Notes: generated by a model from the letters alone, not told the origin. A stretch of 63,645 nucleotides of DNA, filler included, from Choristocarpus tenellus KU-1152 (GCA_964200185.2; 9 parts of 9 records of this genome joined end to end with filler, not necessarily neighbours in it), one strand, 5' to 3'; shown: positions 1 to 13,149, numbered from the whole stretch's first letter. A program made the numbers and translations.

Positions 1-83
1 CAGTCAATTTTGGGTCAAGCCCATCCTCAATGAAAAGCTCCATCCTCAATTTCTGAAATCGGCTGTTATATATGCTAAAAATG

Positions 84-536
84 TGAGGTCTTCCGCAACA
101 CTATTAGAAGGAAATTACTGTGTACGGTAAAACCACGGATTTTTCACGAGGACAGAGGGACCAAGAGCACCCATAGAAAGCGATGCTAAGCTTACTTCTT
201 GGTTTTCTGGTGAGAAATTATCTGAAAAATACAGATTGATTCTGAGGTCTTCGACGACACTATAGAAGGTACTATCGTGTATGGTAAAACCACATATTGG
301 CTCAAAGTATCTGAGGGGGGGGGCGTGGCAGCTGTCCATTTGGGGTCAATTTTTTCATGTTGCGATTTTTGGGTGATTTGATTGCATACATTGGATGGAA
401 AATGTAAATGCACTTTTCCTCCTTTTGGACCAAATGGATACCCTGGTGTAGACCCCTCCCCCTCCCCAGATACTTCGGGTCATTTTTTTATCAGGAAGAG
501 GGGCCAGAGACACAATAGAAAGCGATACTTAACTTA
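84..536 (+). repeat. Diverged tandem duplication (~160-bp spacing); second unit interrupted by a MITE
   Basis: tgaggtctt..acactat..agaagg..ggtaaaaccac..atagaaagcgat occurs at ~84-193 and again at ~243-298 + 482-536. Confidence 0.8.
299..481. mobile_element. MITE, short (~180 bp) family, 3-bp TSD (PIF/Harbinger-like)
   Basis: Termini ggctcaaagtatctg / cagatacttcgggtc; ATT on both flanks; the uninterrupted paralogue nearby has a single att. Confidence 0.85.
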
Positions 537-3500
537 GTATGACTTCTCTCCTCCGCCCGTTCTTCTAGTGTTGTTGTTGTGGGTTGTTAGCAGCAATACT
601 CCTAATTGACCTTTGTGCGGTTTTGTTCCGAATGTTCCCTGGGATGACCTCGACCGAGCTTCATTTGTTGAGCCCGACCAAAGGTAAGCACTCGAATTTT
701 GCAAGATAATTGTGAACTGTAAGGCTGCATTCACACCGAATATCACCCTGGTGGCTGTGAGATCAACGCAGCTGAGCTCGTCAAAGAATTTTCGGTCCAG
801 CAAAATCCCCCTGTGCACATAAATTGTTCATAGTCGATTATCTTCACATATATATATCGTTGTGTTATGGTAGTAGTAGGGGTGACGTTTTGAATAGCAA
901 CAACTGATGATGATGAGAGTACTCCAGTAATAATAACATCGAATAAGCAATGCTGCCGCTGTTGCTGAAGGAAGTAATGGCAAAAAGAAGGAGAACAAGA
1001 AGAACAAAGAAGGACAACGAGCAATGAAGGAAGAACTAGTAATCGCACTACTAGTATAAGTAGTAGTAGAGGCAACAGGAGTACTAAGGGGCGGCAATGT
1101 TCAAGGGGTCCTTCGTCAAACCACCTGCTTTTAGGTGTGCTGATAAAAGATGACAACAAGAACAGGTACTCGCCACACACAGCAACAACAACAATAGCAA
1201 CAACACTAACAAACAGCATTTCCTCGCTAAATCGGCCTACTACACCTATATGCCAACAAAATCCAAAATGCATCTGTGCAGCTACAAGAACAATGCGAGG
1301 TAACTCAACAGGGAGGAAGGAGAAGAAAATCGTTGAACGCGTAAGGGTGAACAAAAGTACTAGTAAAATCATCGGTTGTGATACAAGAGAGGCCGGTAGG
1401 GGGGAGTGTGACAGTTTTTCTTTGTGGTAGGTGGTGGTCCTGATCTCTCGACTACAAATGGATTGTGAATATGGGAGGTCCACGACGATGACAACAACAA
1501 CAGACATACGTTATCATCAATTGTTTTGCCTCCACAGCAATACCCGAGTACATTGCCCTCGTAAAAAAGTCTCGAAACAGAGATAGTTCAAAATTTGACC
1601 CCACAAGGAGGTAGATAATAATAATAACAATAACAATAATAACATCAATAATAGTAGCAACAATATTAATAACCCTTGGTAAAGCAACCAGAGAGTTTCC
1701 TGGATGAGTTGCCCACCCATGCAGTCGCGGAGAGAGAGAGACTGAGTGCGTATAGCAGGGGAGAGGTTGTCAAATCTCGTTTGAGGCAGATCGTGTCTAT
1801 TACTACACAAGTGGCTCCCTCGAACCTTACCGTGCATCTGAAGCTAGAGACACCAGGCACCTGGGCAGGAAGGGGACTGACTTGTGATACCTCCCTCTAG
1901 CTCCTTGCCAAACCTTCGTAGGGCTAAGCTAGGTCAGAAGCATAGAGCAGTGTACACATTACTTGATATAGTGAACAGCCCTTCAAGGGGATATTGTTGT
2001 AATGTTAGTTTTCAGTTAAGAGTTTTTAAGGATATGTCTGAAGCTTCACAACAACTATTGTATTTGCTCTCGCCGTAGTATTATAGTTTTGATTTTAGTT
2101 TTCCTCGGAGACACCTACAGAATATTTGAATTTGGCTTTACTTTTTCTCTTGACACATCTGAAAAATGTCTGAGAGGATAATAACATAGACACATATATG
2201 CGGGAATGCTCCATCGTACTTAAAATAGTAGTCTAATACTGTCTGAGATAGATTGCTATTATGTACACACTAAGTATATATGTGTTCTGAATATGATAGT
2301 GAAAAAATGATTCGCTGAGCTGACAAACAATATCTAAGATATGTAGAGAAATTGTTAAGGTTCCTCAAAAGGACCAAGAGAAAAATCCCATGCGCTTTCA
2401 CACAATTCCCAACCACAACAATTCTTGGACAGCTTCAACGGACAAAGATCAACTTGGCAATTGCGCCAATACTCCAGAGTACTTACGACGTTTCTAGAGC
2501 TCTACGAATCTACTGGTACTGCTTCATTCTGTTTATCGGGGTACTTTTCAAACTATTCTGAAAATACGCTAAACAATTTGAGATTTGAACGTTCACTTGT
2601 TGAACGTCAACTAAATGCAGAACGAGGAGAGTTGTAGCTTGTGATGTACTATAGCATTATGCTAATACTAATACTGTCATACTTTGAAATAATCAAAAGA
2701 AATGAAATGATTAGAGGTTCACTCTTTGGACACAAGCATCCTCCAACCCTTCTTGTTAGTCCACCTTTCCCCTCTTTTCATCTCACGCATTCCCTGTGGG
2801 GGTCAGTACTATGCACATAGCCAGAGCGATTACCCTCTCTGCAGGCCTCTTTGCAACTCTCTTCTTGTTGCACACCTCCAATTTTGCGAGCGGGGCAACG
2901 TCTTCGTTAACAGGTACTTAATGACTTTGTGCACGGAAAATGTCGTATCAAAAGGCTTGCGGGCCTTTTTGTATGAACGCTGAAAACACTTTCCATGCAA
3001 ATTTTATGGCACTCTAAATGGTAATGGTTGGGGTATCGACCATCAAGGGCTCACTCCATGTACAATTTTACTATGATTCACGACTCGTCATTTCTCGAAC
3101 AATGAAAATAACATCACGTTTCCGTTCCCCAAGCGACAACTTAGTGGAAGCGTACAAAGAGAAACAAGTTCCTCACCTGTACCTGTTTCCACCATGGCAG
3201 ATTGGATGTTCAAATATGTTTATGCCTGTTCATGTTGTGACGGTACGATATTCACCCCTCCTTAGAACAAAATAGAGCCCCAGTCTAAGTCAACCGACGT
3301 ATTATTGTGCGCTTGATGTGGCGATGACAACGAGATCTGTACACCTGTTCGGTGTTGTGCAGGATGGAGTACTGTAGCCATATTTTCTTCTACGTGTGCA
3401 AGGCGCAGGAATTCCTCGTGAAATACCCTCTCCCATCGTCCTTGGGGGGGGCTCTATATTACTCTTTGTTAAACGGATGCGTGGTATGCACTATTAAGCG

Positions 3501-3777
3501 AAGAATTACTTGGAAAGTTAGGAGTTACTGTGTAAAGGATCTAAACTGGCATTTCGCATATTTAGAGGACAATGCATTGATGGATTTCTAGCTATCAGAT
3601 ACATCTCTTGTGGAGCAACATATCGAACCCATCTTCTCATCTCAACCACCCTACTCCCTTTCAAGATCTGACCGTTTCAGAGGTTCAAATCAATACGCAC
3701 ATAATATGTCCACCGAAAAATTAAACAAAGCTTAGAGTGTAACCTTTGGGGGGCGTCCTTCAAACATTTCCTGACAG

Positions 3778-6700
3778 ATGATGGCTATGGCTATTCTGGG
3801 ATTTGCCAGGCCGTTACTTTCGACAGCTCCTCCTTTGGTGGTGTGTATGAGTACATCGGCATGTACAACTCCATGCCAGAATACTTGGAGAGCACTGGTG
3901 CTTTTGTCCTGTTGTTCACTGATCTTGGTACAAGACGCCATCTGAAGGGCCTCAGTGGTAAAAACAATGGTAAGGTGTCACTCTGATCATATCGTACAAG
4001 CTAGAAACTGGGGGACAATCTTCAGCAGTTGTTGTAAGGAACAGGATATCGTTTTGAGATCTTAAGAAATTGTTGGTATCAATCCACCTGTGAGTCACCA
4101 CTACTTTAGTATTCTGTCCCGACAGCCAGTTTGTCTCAACTGACCTTCTCTTGATTTCCCAGTGGGCATTGTATTCTCAAGGTACATTAGAGCTCTCTGC
4201 CTCCTTATTCAAGTGCACCCAAAGCTCCTCTGTTGGAGAAGGAATGCCTAACCCCCACAGAATGTCATCGAATAGAATTCTCAATGTTTTTTATTCAGTG
4301 CACGGCCACCTCGAATGCAAGATGAGTTGATGACTTGGGTATTCATTTTTTGAATATATAGTCTCCCACCCTCACCCTCCTCAGCATACATCTTCATCGC
4401 ACAGTGTTTAGATGTCTGATACAGGTATATCGCTCCGCAGATTCACTCCTTGCATTCATTATCTACCCTGGAATAGACTTGCACTGATTGACGTCTTGTA
4501 ATCTTTATTCCAAACACGTAGAAGATAATGACATAGTGGAAACATTTTTCTTGTCATACTAACCACATACTTCCTACTAAAGATTTTCCTTGCCCCTCTT
4601 TCGAGTTTCCAACGTCGCATGTTGACGACAGCATACCTATTCTCTTCCTGACATGAACAGAGTTGTATCCAGTACCGGAGGTAATACGGACCATGACAAA
4701 ACCAACCAATTTGCGTTCACAAGCGTATTGTACGACTGGAGTATGGAATGTGTTCACAAATGATGAAGATGGATTCCCTGCTTACTTTGTGAGTTATTGG
4801 TTCTACTATACCCTCAGTAAAAAAAAAGTAGATTGACTTGTGTAAAGAATGACTGGGGTATCCTTGGATTGCGCCAACGAAGATATATCCAGTGCCACCT
4901 GCACTAGTCTGGTCACTGTATCTGCTCGTGTAGCATGTCCATAAGACATCTAAATATTTACAAAAATTAAGCAGGTGGGGGGCGAACCTCTACTATTGCA
5001 CATACATTTACGACAGCACATGTATCCCATGCCACATCCACTAACTGACTTGGTACACATTGACTTGACCTCTAGAGTATAATCAGTTGAAAATACTCCA
5101 TATACTTTGGAATGGCACATGTACATGTTGATGATGTCGATGAGATCCTATTCCAAGTATAAGGTACACTCATCCGTTATGCATAGGTTTCTCTTGTCAC
5201 TCTTTCTTTGGTACGTTGATTTTTTTTTCTTCTTGCTTCCTTTTGTATTTCCCTTTATAAAATATAACTTATTACTGGCAATGTAGCTGCTGTTTCATGT
5301 TTCTGATATAAGCACAAGGTTTGTGGATGCTTGAGTGGTTCATTAGCAATACCCATCAATCAAATACATAGTTCGACAGTATTTTTTTTTGTGAGAAATA
5401 CATAATCGCCTCTGTTCCTATCTTGAAATGCGATTAATCTTAGAGCTACATACCCAAATCCCAAGTCAGAGTATCTATACCGATCACCTCCTCACCAACG
5501 TCCATATTACACCTCTCTAACGGCGAAACTCTCCACAGGCGTTTGATTGTGCCAATGACCCAAGTCAAATATCAGCAACTTGGATTTCATGTCCAGACGC
5601 GATCTGTGACCCATACATAGAAGTTGGCTTAGTCCCGGTTGACTGTGCGGCACATTATTCGGAAGTGAATACCCCTGCTCCCGCAGTATCAGTCACCCTT
5701 GACCCTGTGGTAGACGCCACACCTGCTCCTGCAGTTGCTACTACCACAGCAACCTCATATGGGAGCCCATCCTCGAGCACGAGTGCTGAGATGGAAGGTG
5801 CGAAGGTATTTGATCCAAGACCAGCTTTTGTCCTTACCTCTGCTAAGCACATGAAGGAGTTCTGGCCTTAGATACAAACTAGCTTCGCCCCAAACTTCGT
5901 AAGAATCCATTTTATAACTCTAAATGTTGGAGGCTATTTTCAGAACACTGGACACAACGTGTCTTTCGTAGGGTATAGCAGATACTTGATATGTGTGTTA
6001 TTTACTTTACCGTTGTAGGGTATGTAAACTCTATTGCTGTAGTGCCGGTTGGTAATACTTGTTGACTGGTATGTTTCTTCCACACTGTTGCTACCCTCTC
6101 ACACCAACCTACCCTGTATATCCGTTCTGCAGCTATATCCTTAGCCTTGGGCTGGACTGCATCTGTTGACACATTGGGGACTTGCTGTGAAATACTATCG
6201 TCATGCTTCAGGGAAACAGAGGGGTTCGAAACCAATGCAATTTGGGGAGCCAATGCATTTGCAATGAGAAAGGCATCTTGTGGATTAATGTTTACCAACT
6301 AATTGTTTACCATCTCGCCATTGCAAACATTACAAACATTTTACCCTTGTTTGGCGGCAGGTGACTACTGCCAGACTATTACAATCGAGGGAGCTGACTT
6401 TGAAGGCATCTATCAACTTCACGACACCCTTGTCAGCAGTAAACCTGCGTATTACAGTCTTGATGGTGGCTTCTTACTGATGTTTCAAGATTCTGGTACA
6501 CGTCGAAAACTCCATGAACTTGAAGGCAATGGTAAAAGGACCAGTAGTTGACGGCATCGAGTTTGCAGCCCTCTTCAGATTAATTCTGTTGTCCTGAATC
6601 TCAAATCAAGAATACGAACGGAGCATGAACATATCTCTGAGTGTGCTGAATTCCTGGGCTGACCACGTCAAAGATAAAGGCCAACTAGCTACTTGATGCA

Positions 6701-9700
6701 ATCATTAATCACTTCATATACGTGACCAAACACCAGGGAATCGTAATAGATGCAAAGATAGATCTGGAATTGATATGCTTAAAAATAATTGTTAGGAAGG
6801 GTGCATAAGAAAATATGTGCAGAAGGACTTCTGAAGTTTGAGGTAGGAGAGCTCGAGTGAACCTATCCTCTTCGCTACCATAGCATCTTTAAGTGATGGA
6901 GGGGTCACGATTTATCTATCCTTTTTTGTGAAGGGCATGAAATTGTCCTTCTCCAATGAACTGAAAGTGTTCTCTCTTGCACATTCATACATTTTCATAT
7001 CAAACTGTATTTCACACATGTTGTTCCTGAGTTTGTATTGCTCTCTATAGTCCATACTATCACAAATCATGAGTCCGATCTAAGCCAAGCTACCTTGTGA
7101 GCATAAAGATACACTAACCTATCCACTCTACACAAAACAACTGCACTACGTCTAGCGTGTTACTTGCTTCGTGCGTATTAGTTTCATCCAACCTACTAAT
7201 CTTCGATTCCCCTTCCTTGGCTTGCTAGGAATAACCTTACCCCCAGGTGTAGGTAGTACTATGGCAACCACAGTGGGCAAATTAGGATACTGCACCACTG
7301 GAGGTTGGGTTGCTTTCACCCTTGCTGCTGACGGAAGCATCAGTACACCTTTGTTCATTGTGAGTCCGAGGTTACATATTTTCCCGTTATGACTTTTGCG
7401 TTGATATTTTGAGCCTATTTCTGATGCTGTCTTCTTGCAGAGAGATATCTGCACAGAAAAAGGTTTTCAAATACATTTGCAGAGTTCAGATTTGCCTGTC
7501 TTGAGCTACTGATTTTTTTTTGTCAAGTTCCCAAAAGGGAGTATGTGCATTCGAATTCTGGAAGGGAGTGTTCTTTGAATCTGCTCTCTATTGCACAGTA
7601 TTTTCAGACCGTTTTACGTGCTAATTCATATTACAGAATTGTCTTAATTGCATCCCCTGGCATATATTGAGCGCATGTAAGCAATTTTGGGATTAATTTA
7701 TTTAACTCGTCGGGCATGACGAGGGCGGATGTGATTTGTTCAAAGGGATCTTTGAGCCTACACCATCAAATTCTCCATGCAACAAGTAACGCAGCATGTA
7801 TGATTGGCATTTTTGATGCACTGACTAGTAGTTCAGTTAACGGGGAACACACAGGGATCATACAGCCACAGTAGTTCTGTTTGGTACCACGACTAATTTG
7901 GGTTTGACAAAAATAGTGATACCATTGAAAGGTCCTCGAAACGTACCCGATGTGCTTTTTCATGAGGAATCGGATTGTTCCTACTCTCTTCCGAAATTAT
8001 ATTCCAACTTGTAATATGTATTGTCTGAAAAAAAAAAATGGTATCCACACGTGAAAACTATACTATATACTACTATTCTCAAACAAAAGAAATATAAGGA
8101 AAACATCAGGAGTTAGTCGACCCCACCTTGCCCGTCGCTATTGTTTTTCGTTTCTTGGGAACTCACATCAATCAATATTGTGCAATCATTCACAATACAA
8201 ATCGTTCATCATGGTGCGTGGGCTGGATGTGGGTTTAGCTGGAGGGGGTTTCACAAATAGTTTAAGATAAGGCCTCAGCCCTGAATTTCATTGCCCATCT
8301 AAGGAAACAAATGGGGAAGAAGCCCCTTCCTTCACAACTGATGAGGTGATTTGTGAATCATGAGCTTCGTGTACTTAGTGTGTCCAGGCGCACTACACAC
8401 GGTCATGATGTGCGCTTCATGAAGGGCTCTCTGGCCACTCCAAGATACATTTGTGGGAATTTGTTGACACATAATTTTTGGTCTACTCTCAAATATTTTA
8501 CTCCCAGCTAAGAATTAAAACGTTGATGGCGTATATGGGATCACTTGTATGTTTGTGGGAATCGCATAACATCATACTGCTCTCCGTCAAATTACACTTC
8601 TCATCAGGCGTAAAGCGGGAGATTTCTGGATTGATCGGCGACCTGCCCGAAGAAAGGACCTTGTTGAAAACACTGACCAATACAGGATTAATACAGAAAC
8701 TGTTGAAATAATAATTCGAAGTAAGCTTCAGACTTATGTGTATCTATTCTTTCTTTACCATTGGTACAAAATAATCTTACTCTTCCATTTGCTTAGGAAC
8801 CTACAGTGCACACCAATCAACATGTTCTTAACTTGAACCATGCCTTGACCCTCTTCACACCCTAATTGACGCCATTCTTGTCCTCGCAGGTGGCAGACTG
8901 TGCCGATGAACCCACTTTGATCTCGTCAACAAATACGTGGGTAATATGTGTGGACTCACAGTGCGCCAACCCAACTACCATTGCTTCCCCTACCATCACA
9001 TGCACAACTAATGGCAAGCCAACGGGTGCGTCTACACCCACACCCACAACTACAGTTGTATCAACTTCCGCCCCTGCACTTGAAGTGGTTACAACACCCG
9101 CACCTGAAATACAAGGAACACCCTCACCCATATTGGGAGCAACACTAGCGCCTTCAACACAAGGAACACCCTCACCCATGTTGGGAGCAACACTAGCACC
9201 TTCGACACAAGGAACACCTGCACCTCCAACAGGAGCAACAAAGGCACCTGTAACAGAAGGAACACCGGCGCCTGCAGCTAGAGTAACGCCAGCACCTGTA
9301 CTAGGATCAATAACGAACACATCACCACCGAATGCTGAGGGGGAGAAAGAAGGTAGGAGCTTTGGTGATAGTTCAATATTACATTGTGTGAGGTAAGCTC
9401 TGTGTGCCGAGAAGGCTGAGTTATGAGAGCGGTGTCATCTTGGTGATGCCAAATCATCAAGTGACTGTGATTCCAGACTTTTGACAGCTAAGCGCTTGCA
9501 TGCCGTAGAGACCCTCCCATTAGAAGCTTTGTTAGTGGGTATCAACACCAAGTCCTGAAGGCCGATGGGTATACCACTGTGTTTTGACTAGCGAAGAGTG
9601 AAACATTATGCACACTAAAATCCACCCCTTATACTCCTAGGTTCTTCATCTTCTGGGATGTCGACCAATGTCATCATTGCTGTTGCAGGCGGGGGTACGG

Positions 9701-9768
9701 CAAGCGTCTTTGCTGTTGGCCTGTTTACCTTTCTTCTTGTGAGAAATAATCGAAGAAACTCTGCCTGA
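3778..9768 (+). CDS. Single-pass membrane protein, 5'-partial: two 6-Cys modules with RRxL, TPAP-rich stalks, C-terminal TM helix. Exons 3778-3969, 4661-4788, 5539-5797, 6361-6531, 7229-7359, 8890-9352, 9641-9768
   Basis: Seven exons with AG/GT borders and compatible phases give one open frame. Paired motifs: ICQAVTF..GTRRHL / YCQTITI..GTRRKL; YCTTGVW / YCTTGGW; DCANDP..W..C / DCADEP..W..C. TM segment VIIAVAGGGTASVFAVGLFTFLLV followed by RNNRRNSA*. First exon and signal peptide not located. Confidence 0.88.
9111..9250 (+). repeat. Coding 48-bp tandem repeat (QGTPSP[IM]LGATLAPST), ~3 copies
   Basis: caaggaacaccctcaccca..ttgggagcaacactagc repeats in frame within exon 8890-9352. Confidence 0.9.
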
Positions 9769-10461
9769 GGTGAGGCCAGTGAAACTTGGAACGTGGTCGG
9801 GGTTCCTATTGCACACACTTGCAAGATATGTGTTTGATATGAATCGAGGGAGAGGGGTTTGGATTAGAGAACTCTGCAAGTAGAGGACTAGATCAAGGTT
9901 ACTTGGCCAAAATTATTTCAAAAAGATTGTCCTGGAGATGTGGTTTTAAGTGTATCATGCCCCCCGTAGATAGCTAGGCTTTAAAAGAAAGGCAATTTGA
10001 ATTGATACAAATAAATATTGTGGTTCATCTGTGTTCTCTTCCGCATGAACTACTACAATGCCAACAACAAATAATGTACTCTGCTTTTGAATTCTCTTCA
10101 CCCTCCAGGTCAGGATTAGGCGCCGTAAATTTTGCTGACCAAATACGAGGGAGATATCTTGCTCAACGAATAATGAATCCATATTCGACGAATATGTCGT
10201 TCAGAGGACCCATCCAGAACCTTTGCTTGTGTGTGCTGGAGGTGGCCTTGCATCTGTGCGTTGAAAAGTGTACCTTGCGCTTGTATATGTATGTTACAGG
10301 TTCAGATTTCCATATTGGTGCTGGGTATTTCTGACCAGACTATATATTTCTGCACGTAGAAAAAAGGGAAGATTTTTTTTCTACAAGGAGAATTAATATA
10401 CAATATATATATATATATCGTGCCCTCCATACTCAGCACAGGTTATCCCTTGTGAGGAGGA

Positions 10462-10662
10462 TGGACCAACATCATGGTGAAATAGTAATCGAGTACAAGG
10501 TGGTCGGATTGTCACAGTGCTATGTATAGTGAGGATGCTTATTTCCTATGCTGGGCTCTCACGTGGACCAACATAGTGAAATAGTAATTGAGTGCAAGCT
10601 TGTCGGGTTGTCACAGTGCTTTGTATAGCGAGTATGCTTCTTTCCTATGCTGGGCTCTCACG
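10462..10662. repeat. Tandem duplication, ~100-bp unit x2
   Basis: tggaccaacat..gtgaaatagtaat..ttgtcacagtgct..tttcctatgctgggctctcacg occurs twice. Confidence 0.9.
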
Positions 10663-11007
10663 AACCGTTTGTTGCTAACACCAGGTGCTTCTCGTATGTC
10701 CCCAACACTGTTCACTTCGGAAACTAGGGAGAACTTTCACGTAGGTTTTGTGCATTGTCTAGCCCCGAACATGCATCCATCAGCGGATAGAAAACATTGT
10801 TGTTCATATAGCCATGTATGCTGTACTTCGTATATCGGCTGATAGTACGCCTATGCGGTGGGTGAACCAATCGTCTTCTCTGCGGGTGCATGAGGATATC
10901 GTTTTTGTCATGAATAAAGTAGAGTAAGGAATATCCAAATTGGTGGGAAATCCAGTCCAGGGTTAACACGAAAGAAGATAACCTTACATTTTCAAGATTA
11001 TATTATA

Positions 11008-11505
11008 CTCCTTCTGTCCCACATGTCTATTCCTTCATGCATATACCTCTTCGGGATGACCTCCGATTTCAAAACGGATTTTTACGTTGGATTCCTCGGA
11101 ATATTGCACGTAAGATGAGTTATATTTGAAACAATACATCCCCCAATTGTTCTGAAAATATGGAAAGGAAAAGACGGGCATGAGACATGTGAACCCTAAC
11201 CCTCGTCCCATAAGTCTGTTCCTTTGTGCATATAACTCTTCGGGATGACCTCTGATTTAAAAAAGGATTTTTCCGTTGGATCCCTCACAACATTTTACGT
11301 ACGTTGCGTTATATTTGAAAAAATATATCCCTCAATTGTTCTGAAAATATAACCCTAACCCTAACCTGAGGTTTTGAGAACAATTTTGGGATATATTTTT
11401 CAAATATAACGCATCTTTTGTAAATTATTCCGAGCAATCCAACGCATAAATCCTTTTGGAAATCGGAGGCTATCCCGAAGATGTACATGCATGGGACAGA
11501 GGGAG
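11008..11505. mobile_element. Stowaway-like (Tc1/mariner) MITE with long inverted arms, a duplicated left arm and internal (CCCTAA)n
   Basis: TA-ctccttctgtccca ... tgggacagagggag-TA; aaccctaacc at ~11193 and ~11351. Confidence 0.85.
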
Positions 11506-12621
11506 TATATCGATGGGGAGGAGCAAACGAAGAGTTGGAGAGTAAGTAAGCACTTGTAGAGCAGGGGTGTTCGTGTTTGGTCCTCTATACAAACTTGTAT
11601 TACTGAAGAGACAAGTGGAAGAATTTGATACGTAGTAAGATATAATATGTGCGGAGATTTTTCTTATGAAACCGTTACTTTCCAGAAATGATAAATCCAG
11701 TGTTCTAGAGAACATTCTAAGAAAAGTCTAGTTTTCTAGACTTATCATCTAAAATTATCTAGTAAGATTAAAACGTTTGGGACCTGCAAAAGTAGGATTG
11801 TTCTAGACGACTGTTAGTTGGAGTAGTAGTAGAGGGAGCCCTGCCAACTCACTTCCAATCTCAACCGAGAAATTCAGCGCTATAAGAGCGAGAATATTGT
11901 AGAAAGGGTAGTCGTATGGGCAAAATTATGAGATATTTATAGTATAAAATATTGTACATCAACAATCTTCTAGGGCACGCCTGTGGCTGTCACAGTTCAT
12001 CTCAAAACTGTTAAAGGAGGAAGTCAAGTCGGTGTTCAACGGGATATCTGAACATGCGCATGGATAGTAGAAATGGGACTTCTCAGAGAGAAAGTGCCAA
12101 GTCTGACACCCAGACTACGAAACCAAATCGAATATAGCATATAGAGTGGGAGATGCTTCCAGGCATGGCTGTGAGGTCATGGTTGAGCCCGTAGTATTTG
12201 TAGTTGTCACTATCTCAAGGGTTTACTTAAGTTCTAACACAGCTAATCTCGAGCGATCAAATGCCAGCATGATTACACGCCACAGAGGATACACAAAAAA
12301 ACATACTTTATAAACTGCAACACCGAAGTTACTCATTGGTTAGGGGGGTGGTGAGCAACCCTCGGGTGAACAAATTGTGACCCCAAATTTAGCTTTAACC
12401 CTAGTCAACTCACTACTTGCTCGGTCGCTCACGGGTTTGCTAAAATGTTCTAACACATGCAGCTACCTATTTGGTGCCAAGATTAAATCTCAAGAAGTTA
12501 CGAGCCGCTACAAGTCCAAAGAGGTCACCAGGCAAAACAAAGATTCTTGATATGCTGACAGTCACTAAAAGTGGAGAAAAGAAATCCATGACTCCGTAGG
12601 GAGCAGCTAAAATTGAAGAGA

Positions 12622-12796
12622 GACTCAAACTATTTGAGTGGGGGAAGGGTCCACACCAGGGTGTCCACTTGGGCCAAAACCAAGAAACGTGCACTTACAT
12701 TTTCCGTCCAAGTAAGCAACCAAATCACACAAAAATCGCGACGGGAAAAAATTGAGCCCAAATGGACAGCCGCCACCCCCCCAGATACTATGAGCC
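12622..12796. mobile_element. MITE, short family, inverted relative to the copy at 299-481
   Basis: Reverse-complement match to 299-481; AGA on both flanks. Partial copies at contig ends 39329-39397 and 57675-57697; related termini at 18107-18143 and 35279-35361. Confidence 0.85.
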
Positions 12797-13149
12797 AGAT
12801 AAACCCACAGCGTCTAGAGCAACCCTTTAAAACTGGAGAAACGAATCCACGAAGCCACACAATATCTATGGTGAGCAAGCCAGCCCCCGTGATTGCTCCA
12901 TTTGGAGAGCAGATTCCTCCTTTCAGAAGAGCAAGAAAGGGGCATGACCCTGTCTCGTTGACCTCCATGTTTCAGCACTGAGTAAAATATCGTAGCTGAG
13001 ATGAATTGGTTACTTCAATTGCTCAAGGATGAGAACTGAGGTTACGACCAAAGAATAATGCTTTCAGAATGGTTCGTGGTATGAGATATGTAGTGAGAGA
13101 GGACTGAACGAAGTATTGAAAAGGTGGGGGCTCCGAGGGAATTGTTGAT

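Noticed and set aside
743-1507. 254-aa hydrophobic minus-strand ORF as a membrane protein
   Set aside because: Hydrophobicity derives from the antisense of A-rich simple repeats; no motif or splice support
3000-3470. BED-finger/hAT remnant, or first exon of the surface protein
   Set aside because: Too degenerate; no convincing ATG + signal peptide + phase-1 donor
8862-9320. Antisense ORF with GAGV repeats
   Set aside because: Mirror of the Thr/Pro/Ala-rich coding exon on the plus strand
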